Positions 9,942 to 20,356 of a stretch of 64,000 bases of DNA are shown piece by piece (within the stretch, counting starts at the first letter, position 1; each line of letters begins with the position of its first letter). A program made the translations under genes and the position numbers. The DNA is from a bacterium (GTDB taxonomy: Bacteria > Zhuqueibacterota > Zhuqueibacteria > Residuimicrobiales > Krinioviventaceae). Location of the stretch: assembly GCA_963675755.2 (NCBI GenBank), contig CAXXMD010000003.1:480001-544000 (forward strand), given 5' to 3'. The notes below the pieces were generated by a model. It was not told where the DNA came from. It worked only from the letters and a program-made list of their open reading frames with translations, and did not search any database.

Positions 9942-9987
9942 ATAAATAAAAATTATTGTTTTTTATATTATCATAAAAATATCTTAT
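9942..9987. promoter_or_regulatory. Two LysR-type boxes (ATAA-N7-TTAT) upstream of yeiH
   Basis: ATAA-ATAAAAA-TTAT (9942-9956) and ATAA-AAATATC-TTAT (9973-9987); both fit T-N11-A. The region is AT-rich, so chance matches are possible. Confidence 0.55.
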
Positions 9988-9997
9988 AATTACTCAA

Positions 9998-10882
9998 CTA
10001 TTCATCCTGCTTTTTACAAAACGAGATAAAAGGCCCCATAAATTCATCATCGAAATCGAAATAGATGAAATTAAATTCTCTGAAAATACCAAAATCCTGA
10101 ATGGGCACGTGGACCAGGCTGCCCGATTTCAGATGTTCACGTACAGCTTCGCGGGAGATTATGGTACACCCCAGGTTAGACTCGACCAGTGAAACAAGCG
10201 CATTGATATTCCCAATCTCCATATAAATCATATCATCCGTGAGATGGTACCCCTTGCTCACCAGCTCATTTTCAAAGACCATCCGTGTACCAGAACCTTT
10301 TTCCCTCAGAATCAGCTTGTTCTCCAGCACCGCTTCAATACTCACACTTGATTTGGATGCAAATTCATGCTCAGGAGATACGACCAATATCAGCTCATCA
10401 TCTTTGAATTTGGTGAATTGAAATTGGGTCCGGTCAAAGGGGCCCTCAACAATTCCCATCAACATATCCCCCGTTATCAGGTGCTTTATGACTGTCTCCG
10501 TATTTTCAACAGCCAGCATAATTTCCACATTGGGGTGTTCTTGTTTATATCGTCCCAGAATCTCGGGTATTACATACCCGCCAATGGTTAATGTTGCACC
10601 AATATTGTATTTTTTCACAAATCCGGCTCTATTTTCAAGATCGTTCTTGACAGTATTCGCCAATCGATTAACCTCAATCGCATATTCATATAACCGCTGG
10701 CCTTCCAGCGTAAGCTCTATTGATTTTTTCTTAATATTGAATAATTTAACATTATAATATGCTTCCAGACTCTTGATATGTTGAGATACACCGGGTTGGG
10801 TAATATGCAGCAATTCCGCGGTTTTGGTATAATTGCGGGTCTTGACCACAGATAAAAAAGTCAGCATTTTATAATCAATCAT
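9998..10882 (-). CDS. LysR family regulator, YeiE/CysL subgroup
   Basis: HTH (NYTKTAELLHITQPGVSQHIKSLE), IGATLTIGGY, GIVEG, ILREKGSGTR. Confidence 0.9.
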   Translation of the reverse strand: MIDYKMLTFLSVVKTRNYTKTAELLHITQPGVSQHIKSLEAYYNVKLFNIKKKSIELTLEGQRLYEYAIEVNRLANTVKNDLENRAGFVKKYNIGATLTIGGYVIPEILGRYKQEHPNVEIMLAVENTETVIKHLITGDMLMGIVEGPFDRTQFQFTKFKDDELILVVSPEHEFASKSSVSIEAVLENKLILREKGSGTRMVFENELVSKGYHLTDDMIYMEIGNINALVSLVESNLGCTIISREAVREHLKSGSLVHVPIQDFGIFREFNFIYFDFDDEFMGPFISFCKKQDE

Positions 10883-11056
10883 AACAAATCTCCTTTCCCT
10901 GTAAATGTGAGAATATATTTTCTCAAATTCAAGTATCTCCTCTTACTATTACAAATCAGAATTTAATTTTTTTATAAATTAAATACGACTTGGATGATAA
11001 TATATTTTTTCTATTTTAATATACCGGGGCAACATTTCATTTTTCGAGGGATATAT

Positions 11057-11821
11057 ATGAAATGCAATTTTTTACATATAATTTTGATCACAATTATAGC
11101 TGCTATATCACAATCATATGCGGAAGGATTACCTGAAAAAGGTACATTATGGTTTACCCTGGAGCTTGGTATTGGAGCACATTATAGTAAAATCAAAAAT
11201 GAAGAACAAAAGTTTATAAATGAAAACAATATATATCTGGTTTCTAAAAGTGATTCAACCATTACAAAACCTATTTATTACGATACTTTTAACCAAATTC
11301 TCAATATCTCGGTCCAATATCAAAAATCCCCTTCGTATTCCTATGGAATAAATTATCAAATCTATTCTGTACAACAACTATTAGCATCACAAGTTGGTTT
11401 TAGTGGGACCAAAGAAATTTTATTTTTGAATAATTTGGGGCCTGTCTTTATAAAATGGACAAACGTTATCAAACACAATATAAATTTTTCAGCATCACCT
11501 AAATTATTTTATGGGAAATTGCATCGTGCTGCAGTCTTGAGGAAAAATTTATCAAAATTTCCAGCAGATGATACGGAATTTGTATCTCTTGTTAAAAATT
11601 ATCACAATAATTTAAATGTTTATGGTTTTGGCATTAATTTTAATTTCAATTTCACTCTTATCCAAAGAGAACGAATGCAAACAATGTTAGGATTGGGATT
11701 TGACTATTCAAAGTTGTATTTTAATGATAAAAGTTTTGAATATATTGACAATACCTATTTCAAGAGTTTTAATTTATCAGTCGTTTTTGCTTTCAATAAA
11801 AAATCCAAATCACCAGAGTAA
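11057..11821 (+). CDS. Hypothetical exported protein, possible outer-membrane beta-barrel
   Basis: Start ATG 11057 after GAGGG; signal peptide ...SQSYA; alternating hydrophobic strands near the C-terminus. AT-rich. Confidence 0.55.
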   Translation: MKCNFLHIILITIIAAISQSYAEGLPEKGTLWFTLELGIGAHYSKIKNEEQKFINENNIYLVSKSDSTITKPIYYDTFNQILNISVQYQKSPSYSYGINYQIYSVQQLLASQVGFSGTKEILFLNNLGPVFIKWTNVIKHNINFSASPKLFYGKLHRAAVLRKNLSKFPADDTEFVSLVKNYHNNLNVYGFGINFNFNFTLIQRERMQTMLGLGFDYSKLYFNDKSFEYIDNTYFKSFNLSVVFAFNKKSKSPE

Positions 11822-12035
11822 TTATTAATATCAAATCAAAGCTTCTGCAATTTCCCAAAAAGAAGACAGGAGATTAACCCTATACTCACTACAACCTACT
11901 TAAAAAACGCATTGCTAATAGATACCCATCACCCATCAATACAGGCAAAAAATATTATTTGCCTCTCTACTCTATCCATTGTATATTATATCATAAACAG
12001 ATGAAAAAGCAGTTAACATATATCCCAGAGGTGTT

Positions 12036-13376
12036 ATGTCTGAAAACAAAATATCCCGCAGAAGTATGTTGAAAACCACATCCGCCGCCGCATTTGCAGC
12101 AAGCATTCCCACAATTATCCCTGCCACAGCATTGGGCAGCAACGGCAAAGCCCCGGCTAGTGATCGGGTAAATATAGGTATGATTGGATGCGGTAACCGG
12201 TCCGGTGTTACAAAAGCATATCAGAATTATGAAAAGTCCCAAATCGTAGCAGTATGTGATCCTATCAAAGAAAGGCGACTCGCCAGAAAAGAACAATATG
12301 GCAATTGTGCAGATTATGTTGATTTCCGTGATCTGCTGGCTCGGTCAGATATCGATGCGGTACATATCGCCACACCTGACCATTGGCATGTGCCTATTTC
12401 CCTGGCTGCAGCCCGCGCCGGAAAAGACATGTATACCGAAAAACCTTTGGGTATCAGTATTGAGCAGTGTGTTGCCGCACACGAGATCATTGACAAACAC
12501 AACCGCATTTTCCAATACGGTACGCAAAACCGTTCAATGGCTCAGGTACGCATGGGGATTGAACTGGTTTTGAACGGACACATTGGAGATGTTAAAAAAG
12601 TGCATGTTTGGTGCCCCCAAAGCGAGTTTGGCGGTTCCACCCAAACCATGCCTATTCCGGATGGATTCGATTACGATATGTGGCTGGGGCCCGCCCCGGA
12701 AGCACCGTTTAGTCAGGACCGCTGCCTGAATCAGGGACAGCGAAACGGAATTTTCCACATATACGATTACGCCATTGGCTTTATTGCAGGATGGGGCGCA
12801 CACCCCATGGATCAGTTGCAATGGTGGGCCGATCAAATGGGACTCGGAATTCCGGTACATTATAAAGGGTGTGGAACCCTGCCGGCAAATGGATTGTTTG
12901 ATACCATCACCCATTGGGATGTTACCGCTACCTATGCAAACGGATTGCAAATGCGATTCATGGATGCTGCCACCGCACGTTTTAAACAAAGTGATGATGT
13001 AATACCTTATATGAACGAAGCACCTTTTTCTCACGGTACCTTGTTTGAAGGAACAGATGGCTGGGTAGCCGTAACCCGAAGCGGCTGGAAAGTATTTCCC
13101 GAAACGCTGTACCAAAAAGCTAAAAATCCGGGCAAAATCCGACTCATTGAAAATTCACAACATCAAACCCATTTTGTGGATTGTGTATTGGACCGCAAAC
13201 AACCCATCAGCGATCTAAAATCAGCTATCAATTCAGATACCATATGCCACCTCTCGGATATCTGCATCCGTACCGGACGAGAAGTGACCTGGGACCCACA
13301 GAACAATACCATCAAAGGTGACCGCGAGTTGAAAAAACGCATGCACCGCGATATGCGCGGTCCGTGGACGTTATAA
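12036..13376 (+). CDS. Gfo/Idh/MocA family oxidoreductase with Tat signal
   Basis: SRRSMLK, IGMIGCGNR, IATPDHWH, YTEKP, WGAHPMD. Confidence 0.92.
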   Translation: MSENKISRRSMLKTTSAAAFAASIPTIIPATALGSNGKAPASDRVNIGMIGCGNRSGVTKAYQNYEKSQIVAVCDPIKERRLARKEQYGNCADYVDFRDLLARSDIDAVHIATPDHWHVPISLAAARAGKDMYTEKPLGISIEQCVAAHEIIDKHNRIFQYGTQNRSMAQVRMGIELVLNGHIGDVKKVHVWCPQSEFGGSTQTMPIPDGFDYDMWLGPAPEAPFSQDRCLNQGQRNGIFHIYDYAIGFIAGWGAHPMDQLQWWADQMGLGIPVHYKGCGTLPANGLFDTITHWDVTATYANGLQMRFMDAATARFKQSDDVIPYMNEAPFSHGTLFEGTDGWVAVTRSGWKVFPETLYQKAKNPGKIRLIENSQHQTHFVDCVLDRKQPISDLKSAINSDTICHLSDICIRTGREVTWDPQNNTIKGDRELKKRMHRDMRGPWTL

Positions 13377-13424
13377 GAATTTAGTCGCAAAGCAAAACCC
13401 CGCGACACAAAACATTGATCACTG

Positions 13425-13618
13425 TTGCCCGGCACCTCGGAGGTGCCGGGCTTTTTTTTATATTAACTTGATCGCGATGCAGAGTGGACGTTGAAAAGAT
13501 TAACATAAACATGACAGAGATAATCTCTGTCATGATCGTTTTTATTGATCGTGATGCAGATTCCTGCATCACGGATAATTATATCGGGACATTTGTCCCG
13601 TTTATATTTTCACAATCA
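13425..13618 (+). repeat. ~195-bp multi-hairpin element, copy 1
   Basis: Near-identical to 13663-13857. Hairpins GCCCGGCACCT-CGG-AGGTGCCGGGC, CATGACAGAGAT-A-ATCTCTGTCATG, CGTGATGCAG-ATTC-CTGCATCACG, CGGGACA-TT-TGTCCCG. Confidence 0.9.
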
Positions 13619-13662
13619 AAAAAAAAAACGTAAACAAATCAATACGTTAAGGCACAATATAC

Positions 13663-13857
13663 TTGCCCGGCACCTCGGAGGTGCCGGGCATTTTTTTTAT
13701 ATTAACTTGATCGCGATGCAGAGTGGACGTTGAAAAGATTAACATAAACATGACAGAGATAATCTCTGTCACGATCTTTTTTTATTGATCGTGATGCAGA
13801 TTCCTGCATCACGATAATTTTATCGGGACATTCGTCCCGTTTATATTCTCACAATCA
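13663..13857 (+). repeat. ~195-bp multi-hairpin element, copy 2
   Basis: Direct repeat of 13425-13618 with a few substitutions/indels; 44-bp unique spacer beginning with a poly-A run. Confidence 0.9.
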
Positions 13858-13917
13858 TAAAACATCCCCATAAACACATCTGCCAGATATTGGCTGATCA
13901 CAATTCTTATACAAACA

Positions 13918-13981
13918 AAAATGCCGGTTGCTGAGTGCTCGTCTGTTAAAACGGACGAGCGTATCGAAGCACCGGCATTTT
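13918..13981 (-). terminator. Long hairpin downstream of SPFH gene (REP-like / terminator)
   Basis: AAAATGCCGGT...ACCGGCATTTT enclosing GCTCGTCTGTT-AA-AACGGACGAGC; a U-tract follows on the minus strand. Confidence 0.6.
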
Positions 13982-13998
13982 GATCATGTAAATATAAC

Positions 13999-14871
13999 TT
14001 ATGCTTTATCTTTTTCCTTAAACAGCTCTCCCACACCGCCAATACTTCCCAAAATACCGCTGGCTTCCATTGGCAAAAAGATCTTGGTGGCGTTACCGTT
14101 GGCTACTTTTTCAAGTGCTTCCAGGTATTTAATAGCAATCAGATCATTTGAAGGATTCCCTTCGTGGATCGCTTTATAAACAATAGAAATCGCTTCAGAT
14201 TCACCGTTAGCAATGGCAATCTTTTCATACTTGTTTGCGTCTGCAACCTGTCTAATGGCTTCGGCCTCACCTTCCGCTTTAAGGATTGCGGATTTTTTGG
14301 CACCTTCTGCTTCCAGAATCATGGCACGGCGTTCACGCTCCGCTTTCATCTGACGGTGCATGGCTTCAGTAACATCTACTGGCGGTTCAATACGCTGTAA
14401 TTCCACGCGAGTCACTTTGACGCCCCATTTATCGGTTGCGTCATCCAATATCTGGCGGAGCTGGGTATTGATGGCTTCACGGGATGTCAAAGATTCATCC
14501 AAAGCCATATCACCCACCAGGTTTCTGAGGTTGGTTTGTGCCAGCTTGGTTACTGCCAGCCAAAAATTGGTAACGTTATAGGTCACCTTGACAGGATCGG
14601 TAACTTCGTAATATACAACCGCATCCACTTCTACGACTACGTTATCTTTGGTGATTACACTTTGCGGAGGAATATCAACCACATTTTCACGCATATCCAC
14701 TTTACTCATATTTTCCAAAAACGGAAGTATAAAGGAAAGACCGCTGTCTGCGGTACGCTGGTAACGTCCCAATCTTTCAATCAAACCCTTTTGCCACGGA
14801 CGAACAATTTTCAATCCACTTGCGGCAATAATAAATACAACGATGGCAATAATAATTAACAGAATATCCAT
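13999..14871 (-). CDS. SPFH/stomatin/band-7 family protein (QmcA-like)
   Basis: N-terminal [42 protein letters not shown]. Confidence 0.93.
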   Translation of the reverse strand: MDILLIIIAIVVFIIAASGLKIVRPWQKGLIERLGRYQRTADSGLSFILPFLENMSKVDMRENVVDIPPQSVITKDNVVVEVDAVVYYEVTDPVKVTYNVTNFWLAVTKLAQTNLRNLVGDMALDESLTSREAINTQLRQILDDATDKWGVKVTRVELQRIEPPVDVTEAMHRQMKAERERRAMILEAEGAKKSAILKAEGEAEAIRQVADANKYEKIAIANGESEAISIVYKAIHEGNPSNDLIAIKYLEALEKVANGNATKIFLPMEASGILGSIGGVGELFKEKDKA

Positions 14872-14872
14872 G

Positions 14873-15322
14873 TTATTCTCCCTCTTCTACAGGTGATACA
14901 ATTAAATGGGTCCCCTCAACTTGGGTCACTTTGACCCTGGTACCCTGCGGAATTATAATACCTTGTTCGCTCGAAGCCCGCCACTCTTCGCGGTCCATTC
15001 TCACACTTCCGGTATTGGAAAAATTATCAATATCTTCTAAAACGATCGCTTCCTTGCCTACAAACCGGTCTGCACCAATGCCGGGTGGCTGTGGCTTGGT
15101 GACCTTGTCAGCAAATTTGCGGGATACGCCCACAAGGATCCCTGAAACGATAACAAAAGCAAGCAATTGCCACAACGGTCCAAGTCCCAACAGGGATAAA
15201 ACTCCGGCTGCGGCAGAACCTACTCCGAACCACAGGATAAAAAATCCGGCTGTAAAAATCTCGCCAACTATAAATACTGCGGCAAGTATAAACCAGATTA
15301 ACCAGGTTTCTATGCCCAACAT
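14873..15322 (-). CDS. NfeD family protein (short, YbbJ-like)
   Basis: TM N-terminus plus OB-fold (VGKEAIV...G.V....EEWRA...G..V.V..VEG..LIV); classic partner of SPFH genes. Confidence 0.9.
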   Translation of the reverse strand: MLGIETWLIWFILAAVFIVGEIFTAGFFILWFGVGSAAAGVLSLLGLGPLWQLLAFVIVSGILVGVSRKFADKVTKPQPPGIGADRFVGKEAIVLEDIDNFSNTGSVRMDREEWRASSEQGIIIPQGTRVKVTQVEGTHLIVSPVEEGE

Positions 15323-15348
15323 GATTGCCCCTTTCCTTTTAACTAAAA

Positions 15349-16998
15349 TTAATGTGAATACATGAATCGTTTAATTTTTTTAGTTGGTGTTTTTTCAAAT
15401 TCTTCAGGATACAATTCTATCTTGGAAATACTAATAAAACCGGGAAGCAGCGCATTCAAAGCTTTGCGATTCTCTTCCATTATTTCTGTAATATCGGCTT
15501 CTCCCATCTCTTCGGCATCCGTCATTTCAAGATCAGGATAAACCAATGCCACCAGTTTGTCATTCTTTTCAATTACCAGAGATTCCTGAACATAAGGCAT
15601 ATTATTAAGCTTGGCTTCCACTTCTTCAGGATAAATGTTTTGGCCTGACGGTCCCAATATCATATTCTTACTGCGACCTTTGATATAAACAAAGCCATCT
15701 TTATCAATTAATCCCAAATCACCGGTATGCATCCAGCCGTCAGGTTCAATGGTTTCCTTTGTGGCTTTTTCGTTTTTATAATATCCCATCATCACATTCT
15801 CTCCCTTGACCAAGATTTCGCCGACTTGCTTTTCAGGATCCTCAGAATCAATCTTGATCTCGAGCGTATCTACACGTTGTCCTATGGCACCGAATCGATT
15901 TTTATCCCAGTTGGAATAGCTAATCAAAGGACCGCATTCGGTCATGCCATAGCCCACGGTATAAGGGAAACCCACTTTTCTCAAAAACGCCTCTACTTCT
16001 TCATTAAAAGCCGCGCCGCCAATAACAATTTCCAGGAAATTATTGCCAAAGACATCCATCAATTTATTATACACCTTTTTATGAACAATATTCTGTAAAA
16101 CCGGTGTTTTTAATAAATATTTTGGCGCGCCTTTGCTTATAGCCGGTTTGATTTGTTTTTTATAAATCTTTTCAATAATGAGCGGAACAGACAAGATCAG
16201 GTTGGGTTTGACATCCTGAAATGCCTTAACAATGATCTTGGGTGACGGGGTTTTACTTAAAAATGTAATATGGCATCCAATAGTAAAGGGGAACAAAAAT
16301 TCAAACGCGCAGCCATAAGAGTGTGCCAGGGGCATAAATGACAATATCCGGTCCCCGCGCTTCAACGCAATATTATTCCAGGCAAATCTCACGTTTGCCA
16401 TCAGGCTGTTGTGCTGCAGCATAACGCCTTTTGAAAACCCGGTAGTGCCCGAAGTATAAACAATCGCAGCCAATTCAGCGTTACTAATCTCCGGAAACTG
16501 AATGGACTCTTTGCTGAAATTGGCATCGCGCTGGGTTCTGGCAGATAATGTTTTTTCCACAATACCGGGTAGATCTTTTTTCTTGTGATAGAGCAATTTC
16601 ATACTTTCCAGAGAAAACACCCCTTCCAACTCGGGCATTTCAGATTCATCCAAAGTATCAAAGATAGCTTCAGCAGTAAAAAACAGCACTGAATCCGAAT
16701 GGTTCACAATATGTGTCATATCATCAGGACTAAAATCCGGTAATATGGGCACAATCACTGCACCATAGGTAACGGCCGCCAGAAAGGTAACACCCCAATT
16801 GACAGAGTTTTTGCCAACCAGAGCAATCTTGTCGTCTTTTTTTATACCGCATTCTTTAAACAAATCATGCATCCAGCGGATCTCTTTGGCTACATCGCCA
16901 TAGTTCAAATGGCCGCTTCCATAATTAGAAAAAGCCGGCAGGTCCCAGTTGTTTTTCAAACTGTCTTGTAATGTTTTTACAAAATTTTCAGGTAACAT
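15349..16998 (-). CDS. fadD: Long-chain fatty acid--CoA ligase
   Basis: YTSGTTGFSKG, GYGMTE, WMHTGDLG, IKGRSKNMIL, GQNIYPEE. Confidence 0.9.
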   Translation of the reverse strand: MLPENFVKTLQDSLKNNWDLPAFSNYGSGHLNYGDVAKEIRWMHDLFKECGIKKDDKIALVGKNSVNWGVTFLAAVTYGAVIVPILPDFSPDDMTHIVNHSDSVLFFTAEAIFDTLDESEMPELEGVFSLESMKLLYHKKKDLPGIVEKTLSARTQRDANFSKESIQFPEISNAELAAIVYTSGTTGFSKGVMLQHNSLMANVRFAWNNIALKRGDRILSFMPLAHSYGCAFEFLFPFTIGCHITFLSKTPSPKIIVKAFQDVKPNLILSVPLIIEKIYKKQIKPAISKGAPKYLLKTPVLQNIVHKKVYNKLMDVFGNNFLEIVIGGAAFNEEVEAFLRKVGFPYTVGYGMTECGPLISYSNWDKNRFGAIGQRVDTLEIKIDSEDPEKQVGEILVKGENVMMGYYKNEKATKETIEPDGWMHTGDLGLIDKDGFVYIKGRSKNMILGPSGQNIYPEEVEAKLNNMPYVQESLVIEKNDKLVALVYPDLEMTDAEEMGEADITEIMEENRKALNALLPGFISISKIELYPEEFEKTPTKKIKRFMYSH

Positions 16999-17014
16999 GT
17001 ATACTCCTAAAATG

Positions 17015-20000
17015 TTATATATGAATTTCTATATATTTTCCGGTAACTTTGTATTGTTTATTTTCCACAACCGGCAGTTTATGAACAGCCTGTATATAAT
17101 CATCCAACTGTTCAGCCTGGTATTGTTCACCCGTCTTGTAATCAATAATCTCAACATATCCGTCTTTTAAATTCACCATCATACGGTCAAGTCGCAATTC
17201 CTTGCCGGATTGAGTGTAAAGTGTATACTCGGTGAAAACCCGGTCCCAAACAGCGGCATCAAACAGTTCGGGATGTTGAGATACAACATTACGCGCATTC
17301 TGCATGAGTGATTCCAACTGTTCTATGGGCAGCAAATTACCAAAATACCCTAATGTCTGTTGCCGGGCAAACTCGAATTCCTTGTTTGTACCATAATGGA
17401 CGTATGACAGATAAAAATGGATGATATTCCCCTTGTCAATATCTCGATTTTTCAGGTAAACGCTTTTCAGGTCAATGTGTTCCATGCGCTGTAAATGCAG
17501 GGCATCCGGTTGTTTTAAAGGACGTCTGTTATAACTCAGATAATCCGGCAGCCAGGTATAATCAACCGTTTCCTTTTCATCTTTTACATGCTGAACAGGT
17601 ATAAACGAGCCGGAGGTCCAAACCGACTTGTTGGCTGTATTGTCTGCACCTGCCTCAAACCGCTGTACCCGGTTCAAAACCGATAAAAATAACAAGCGGT
17701 CAGATCGTATCTTTGTAGTATCATCGGGTAGACAATCTTTAATAAATTCAGATATACCTCCCTTTTTACCCAATACAAATTGAATATAGAGGTTTGTTTT
17801 GGCGCGAGTCAAAGCTACATAAATATTGTTCAACTCTTCAATAATATCACGTTTATCTTTTTGCTCAATCAACGGTGCATAATCCGTTAATTCAAGAATA
17901 TGATCATAATTCAATGTATATATGTAATGTAAAAGATGACTGAAATCCAGTTCATAACTCAGATAATACGAAATCTCTCCACTAAAATTCCCACCAGAGG
18001 GTGACAAATTCCAATAGAGGAACACATTATCATATTCCAGTCCTTTTGATTTATGGATAGTCAGCAAGGTAATGGCATTATATTCTTTGAGTCCAATCTG
18101 CTGAAACCGTTCATTCTGTTCGTTTTCCTGACAATATTCCAAAAAGCCTTTTAACGAATAATTGGCATCCGTTTGGGTGAATGCAGCAAGGATCTCCAGA
18201 AACCGGTTCAGATTCACCAGATCGTTTTCCTGCTTAAAGATACCGGTAGCGTTCCACTTTTCAATGACTTTTTGTGTAAACAATAGCAAATTGGGGTGTG
18301 CCGCAAACACTAATTCTTTGGCTAGCTGATAGATCTCATCCACTTTTTTCAATGCGTCAATACTGTCCAGGCTGCTGAAAAGATCACTGAGCGAATAGCC
18401 ATCCTTTGCATTGTCCCGAATGTACAACATGATTTTTTTCAAAGCTTCCGGAGACATTAAAACCAGATCAGAGCGTAAAAATCTCAGTAGATCATAAACA
18501 TCCTGATAAACCAGAAAACGAAACAGCATCATCAACGGGACGACAGTCCTGTGCTGCAATATGGAACCCGATGACTCGAGAATGTAATCAATATCCAGCT
18601 CATCCAAAACCGCGGCAATATGTTTCAGGTCACTGTTTTTACGGGCAAGCACAGCTGTTTTCTTTACATCCAGTTGACCCGACTGCAGCAGTGGCGCCAG
18701 GGTTTGGGTCACAAACTCTCGCAGTGCGTCTTCAACCGTAGAGATATCGTTATTATCATCCTTGAAATTGGCATAATTGCGTGCCTGAACTTTAATAAAT
18801 CCATCATCCGATGTTTTATGCACCTGCACCGGATCATAGGGCCAGTGGATATCCAGACTGGCATGCATATCGGTATCCATAAAAATATCATTGATAAAGT
18901 CCATAATCCGGCGGTAGCTGCGGTACGATGTATTGAGACTGAACTGATTGCAATCGTTCAAAACTGAGGGCATGGCCAAAAGCAGGTCGCGCTCACCACC
19001 ACGCCATCCATAAATGGATTGCTTCTCATCGCCCACAATGATCACACCGCCATATTCTTTGGCACCCATACCACTGGTAATCTCGTTGATAATTGGCAGC
19101 AGTATTTTGTATTGGATCATACTGGTGTCCTGGAACTCGTCAATAAGAATAAAGCGGATCTGCGCGGTCAGATATTCATAAAAGGCATTAGTCACCGAAA
19201 AATCATCAATCAATGAAAGATCAGGATCATAGAGATACTTGAACGTATAATACGATACATCACTATGGGTAAATCGTTTATCTCTGAATTTGATTTCGTC
19301 ATATTTTTCAAAAACCCGGTTTGCAATCAAGCGGATTTCATCCTGTTCTGCAAACAGTTCTTTCTCTAGAATAAAAGCAGCCAGATCTTTACGGCAATTT
19401 TCAAAATCAGCAATCAACGCTTCCTTGATATCCGCATAAGCCTTGCCGCGAAAGACTTTGGATCCGTCCCAAAAATACTCCATCCCCAACAGCTTTTTAT
19501 GGTGTTCTGAAACAATCTCCTGACCAAGATTATCCATAATGCTGGCAGCAAAAACCTGGCTGTCCAAATCAGCAGGACTCAGAAACATCTTTATGAAATC
19601 CATTTTAAAATATTGTGAATTGGTCAGATTCGGGTAAGAAGAACAGACCTCAGCCTCTAATCGACGCAACAACGCGGAAAAGGATTTGAAAAAGCGCTGA
19701 TACGCCTCTTTAATTTGCTGCTCCCGGTTTTTTGGATCAACCTGCGGTTGATCTTCCGCATCCATAAAATCAAAGATCCAGCGGTTCCGCAGCAACGATT
19801 CTATAAATTTCTGATAATCGGTTATAGTCTTTTTGTTTGCACGAAAGAAAAAGTCATGCATTAATTGTTGTGCCTGCGGATCACGCTCCTGCATCAGAGA
19901 ACTGAACACCTCTGCAAACACATCATCATGAATGGTATTTTCTATTTCATAATTGGCAATGCCAAGATAAGGCGCGATAATGGTTTTAAATATCTCGTTG

Positions 20001-20356
20001 GTAAAAGCGTCAATGGTGCTGATGCGGACCTTGTTTTTGTTAACCAGCATATCTTCATAGATCCGCTTTAAAACGGAACGGTCCTTGTCTGATATTTCAA
20101 GTCCCAAAATACTCTGCAAATTCGCCAGCAATTCTTTGCCGTCATCGTCCATCCGGATGATGTGGTGCAGATGCTCAAAAATCCTCTCCCGAATCTCTGA
20201 TGTGGCCTTTTTGGTAAAGGTAATTACCAGCATCTCGCTGTAATGGATACCCTGTTTATAATATTTCAACAGCAGTCCAATATATTCCAAAGACAACCGA
20301 TAGGTCTTGCCCGTACCCGCACTGGCACTGATGATCTTGTTCTCGAGACCGTTCAT
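17015..20356 (-). CDS. addA: AddA-like UvrD helicase with C-terminal RecB-type nuclease
   Basis: SASAGTGKT, ITFTKKAT, LIDEFQDT, VGDEKQSIYGWRG, TIHKSKGLE, YVALTRAK; nuclease RLDRM...IIDYKTG. Confidence 0.88.
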   Translation of the reverse strand: MNGLENKIISASAGTGKTYRLSLEYIGLLLKYYKQGIHYSEMLVITFTKKATSEIRERIFEHLHHIIRMDDDGKELLANLQSILGLEISDKDRSVLKRIYEDMLVNKNKVRISTIDAFTNEIFKTIIAPYLGIANYEIENTIHDDVFAEVFSSLMQERDPQAQQLMHDFFFRANKKTITDYQKFIESLLRNRWIFDFMDAEDQPQVDPKNREQQIKEAYQRFFKSFSALLRRLEAEVCSSYPNLTNSQYFKMDFIKMFLSPADLDSQVFAASIMDNLGQEIVSEHHKKLLGMEYFWDGSKVFRGKAYADIKEALIADFENCRKDLAAFILEKELFAEQDEIRLIANRVFEKYDEIKFRDKRFTHSDVSYYTFKYLYDPDLSLIDDFSVTNAFYEYLTAQIRFILIDEFQDTSMIQYKILLPIINEITSGMGAKEYGGVIIVGDEKQSIYGWRGGERDLLLAMPSVLNDCNQFSLNTSYRSYRRIMDFINDIFMDTDMHASLDIHWPYDPVQVHKTSDDGFIKVQARNYANFKDDNNDISTVEDALREFVTQTLAPLLQSGQLDVKKTAVLARKNSDLKHIAAVLDELDIDYILESSGSILQHRTVVPLMMLFRFLVYQDVYDLLRFLRSDLVLMSPEALKKIMLYIRDNAKDGYSLSDLFSSLDSIDALKKVDEIYQLAKELVFAAHPNLLLFTQKVIEKWNATGIFKQENDLVNLNRFLEILAAFTQTDANYSLKGFLEYCQENEQNERFQQIGLKEYNAITLLTIHKSKGLEYDNVFLYWNLSPSGGNFSGEISYYLSYELDFSHLLHYIYTLNYDHILELTDYAPLIEQKDKRDIIEELNNIYVALTRAKTNLYIQFVLGKKGGISEFIKDCLPDDTTKIRSDRLLFLSVLNRVQRFEAGADNTANKSVWTSGSFIPVQHVKDEKETVDYTWLPDYLSYNRRPLKQPDALHLQRMEHIDLKSVYLKNRDIDKGNIIHFYLSYVHYGTNKEFEFARQQTLGYFGNLLPIEQLESLMQNARNVVSQHPELFDAAVWDRVFTEYTLYTQSGKELRLDRMMVNLKDGYVEIIDYKTGEQYQAEQLDDYIQAVHKLPVVENKQYKVTGKYIEIHI

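Noticed and set aside
13425-13857. CRISPR array, or small ORFs (13381-13572, 13545-13733) in the duplicated unit
   Set aside because: Only two long units, no short repeat-spacer periodicity and no cas genes. The ORFs are not preserved in frame between copies.
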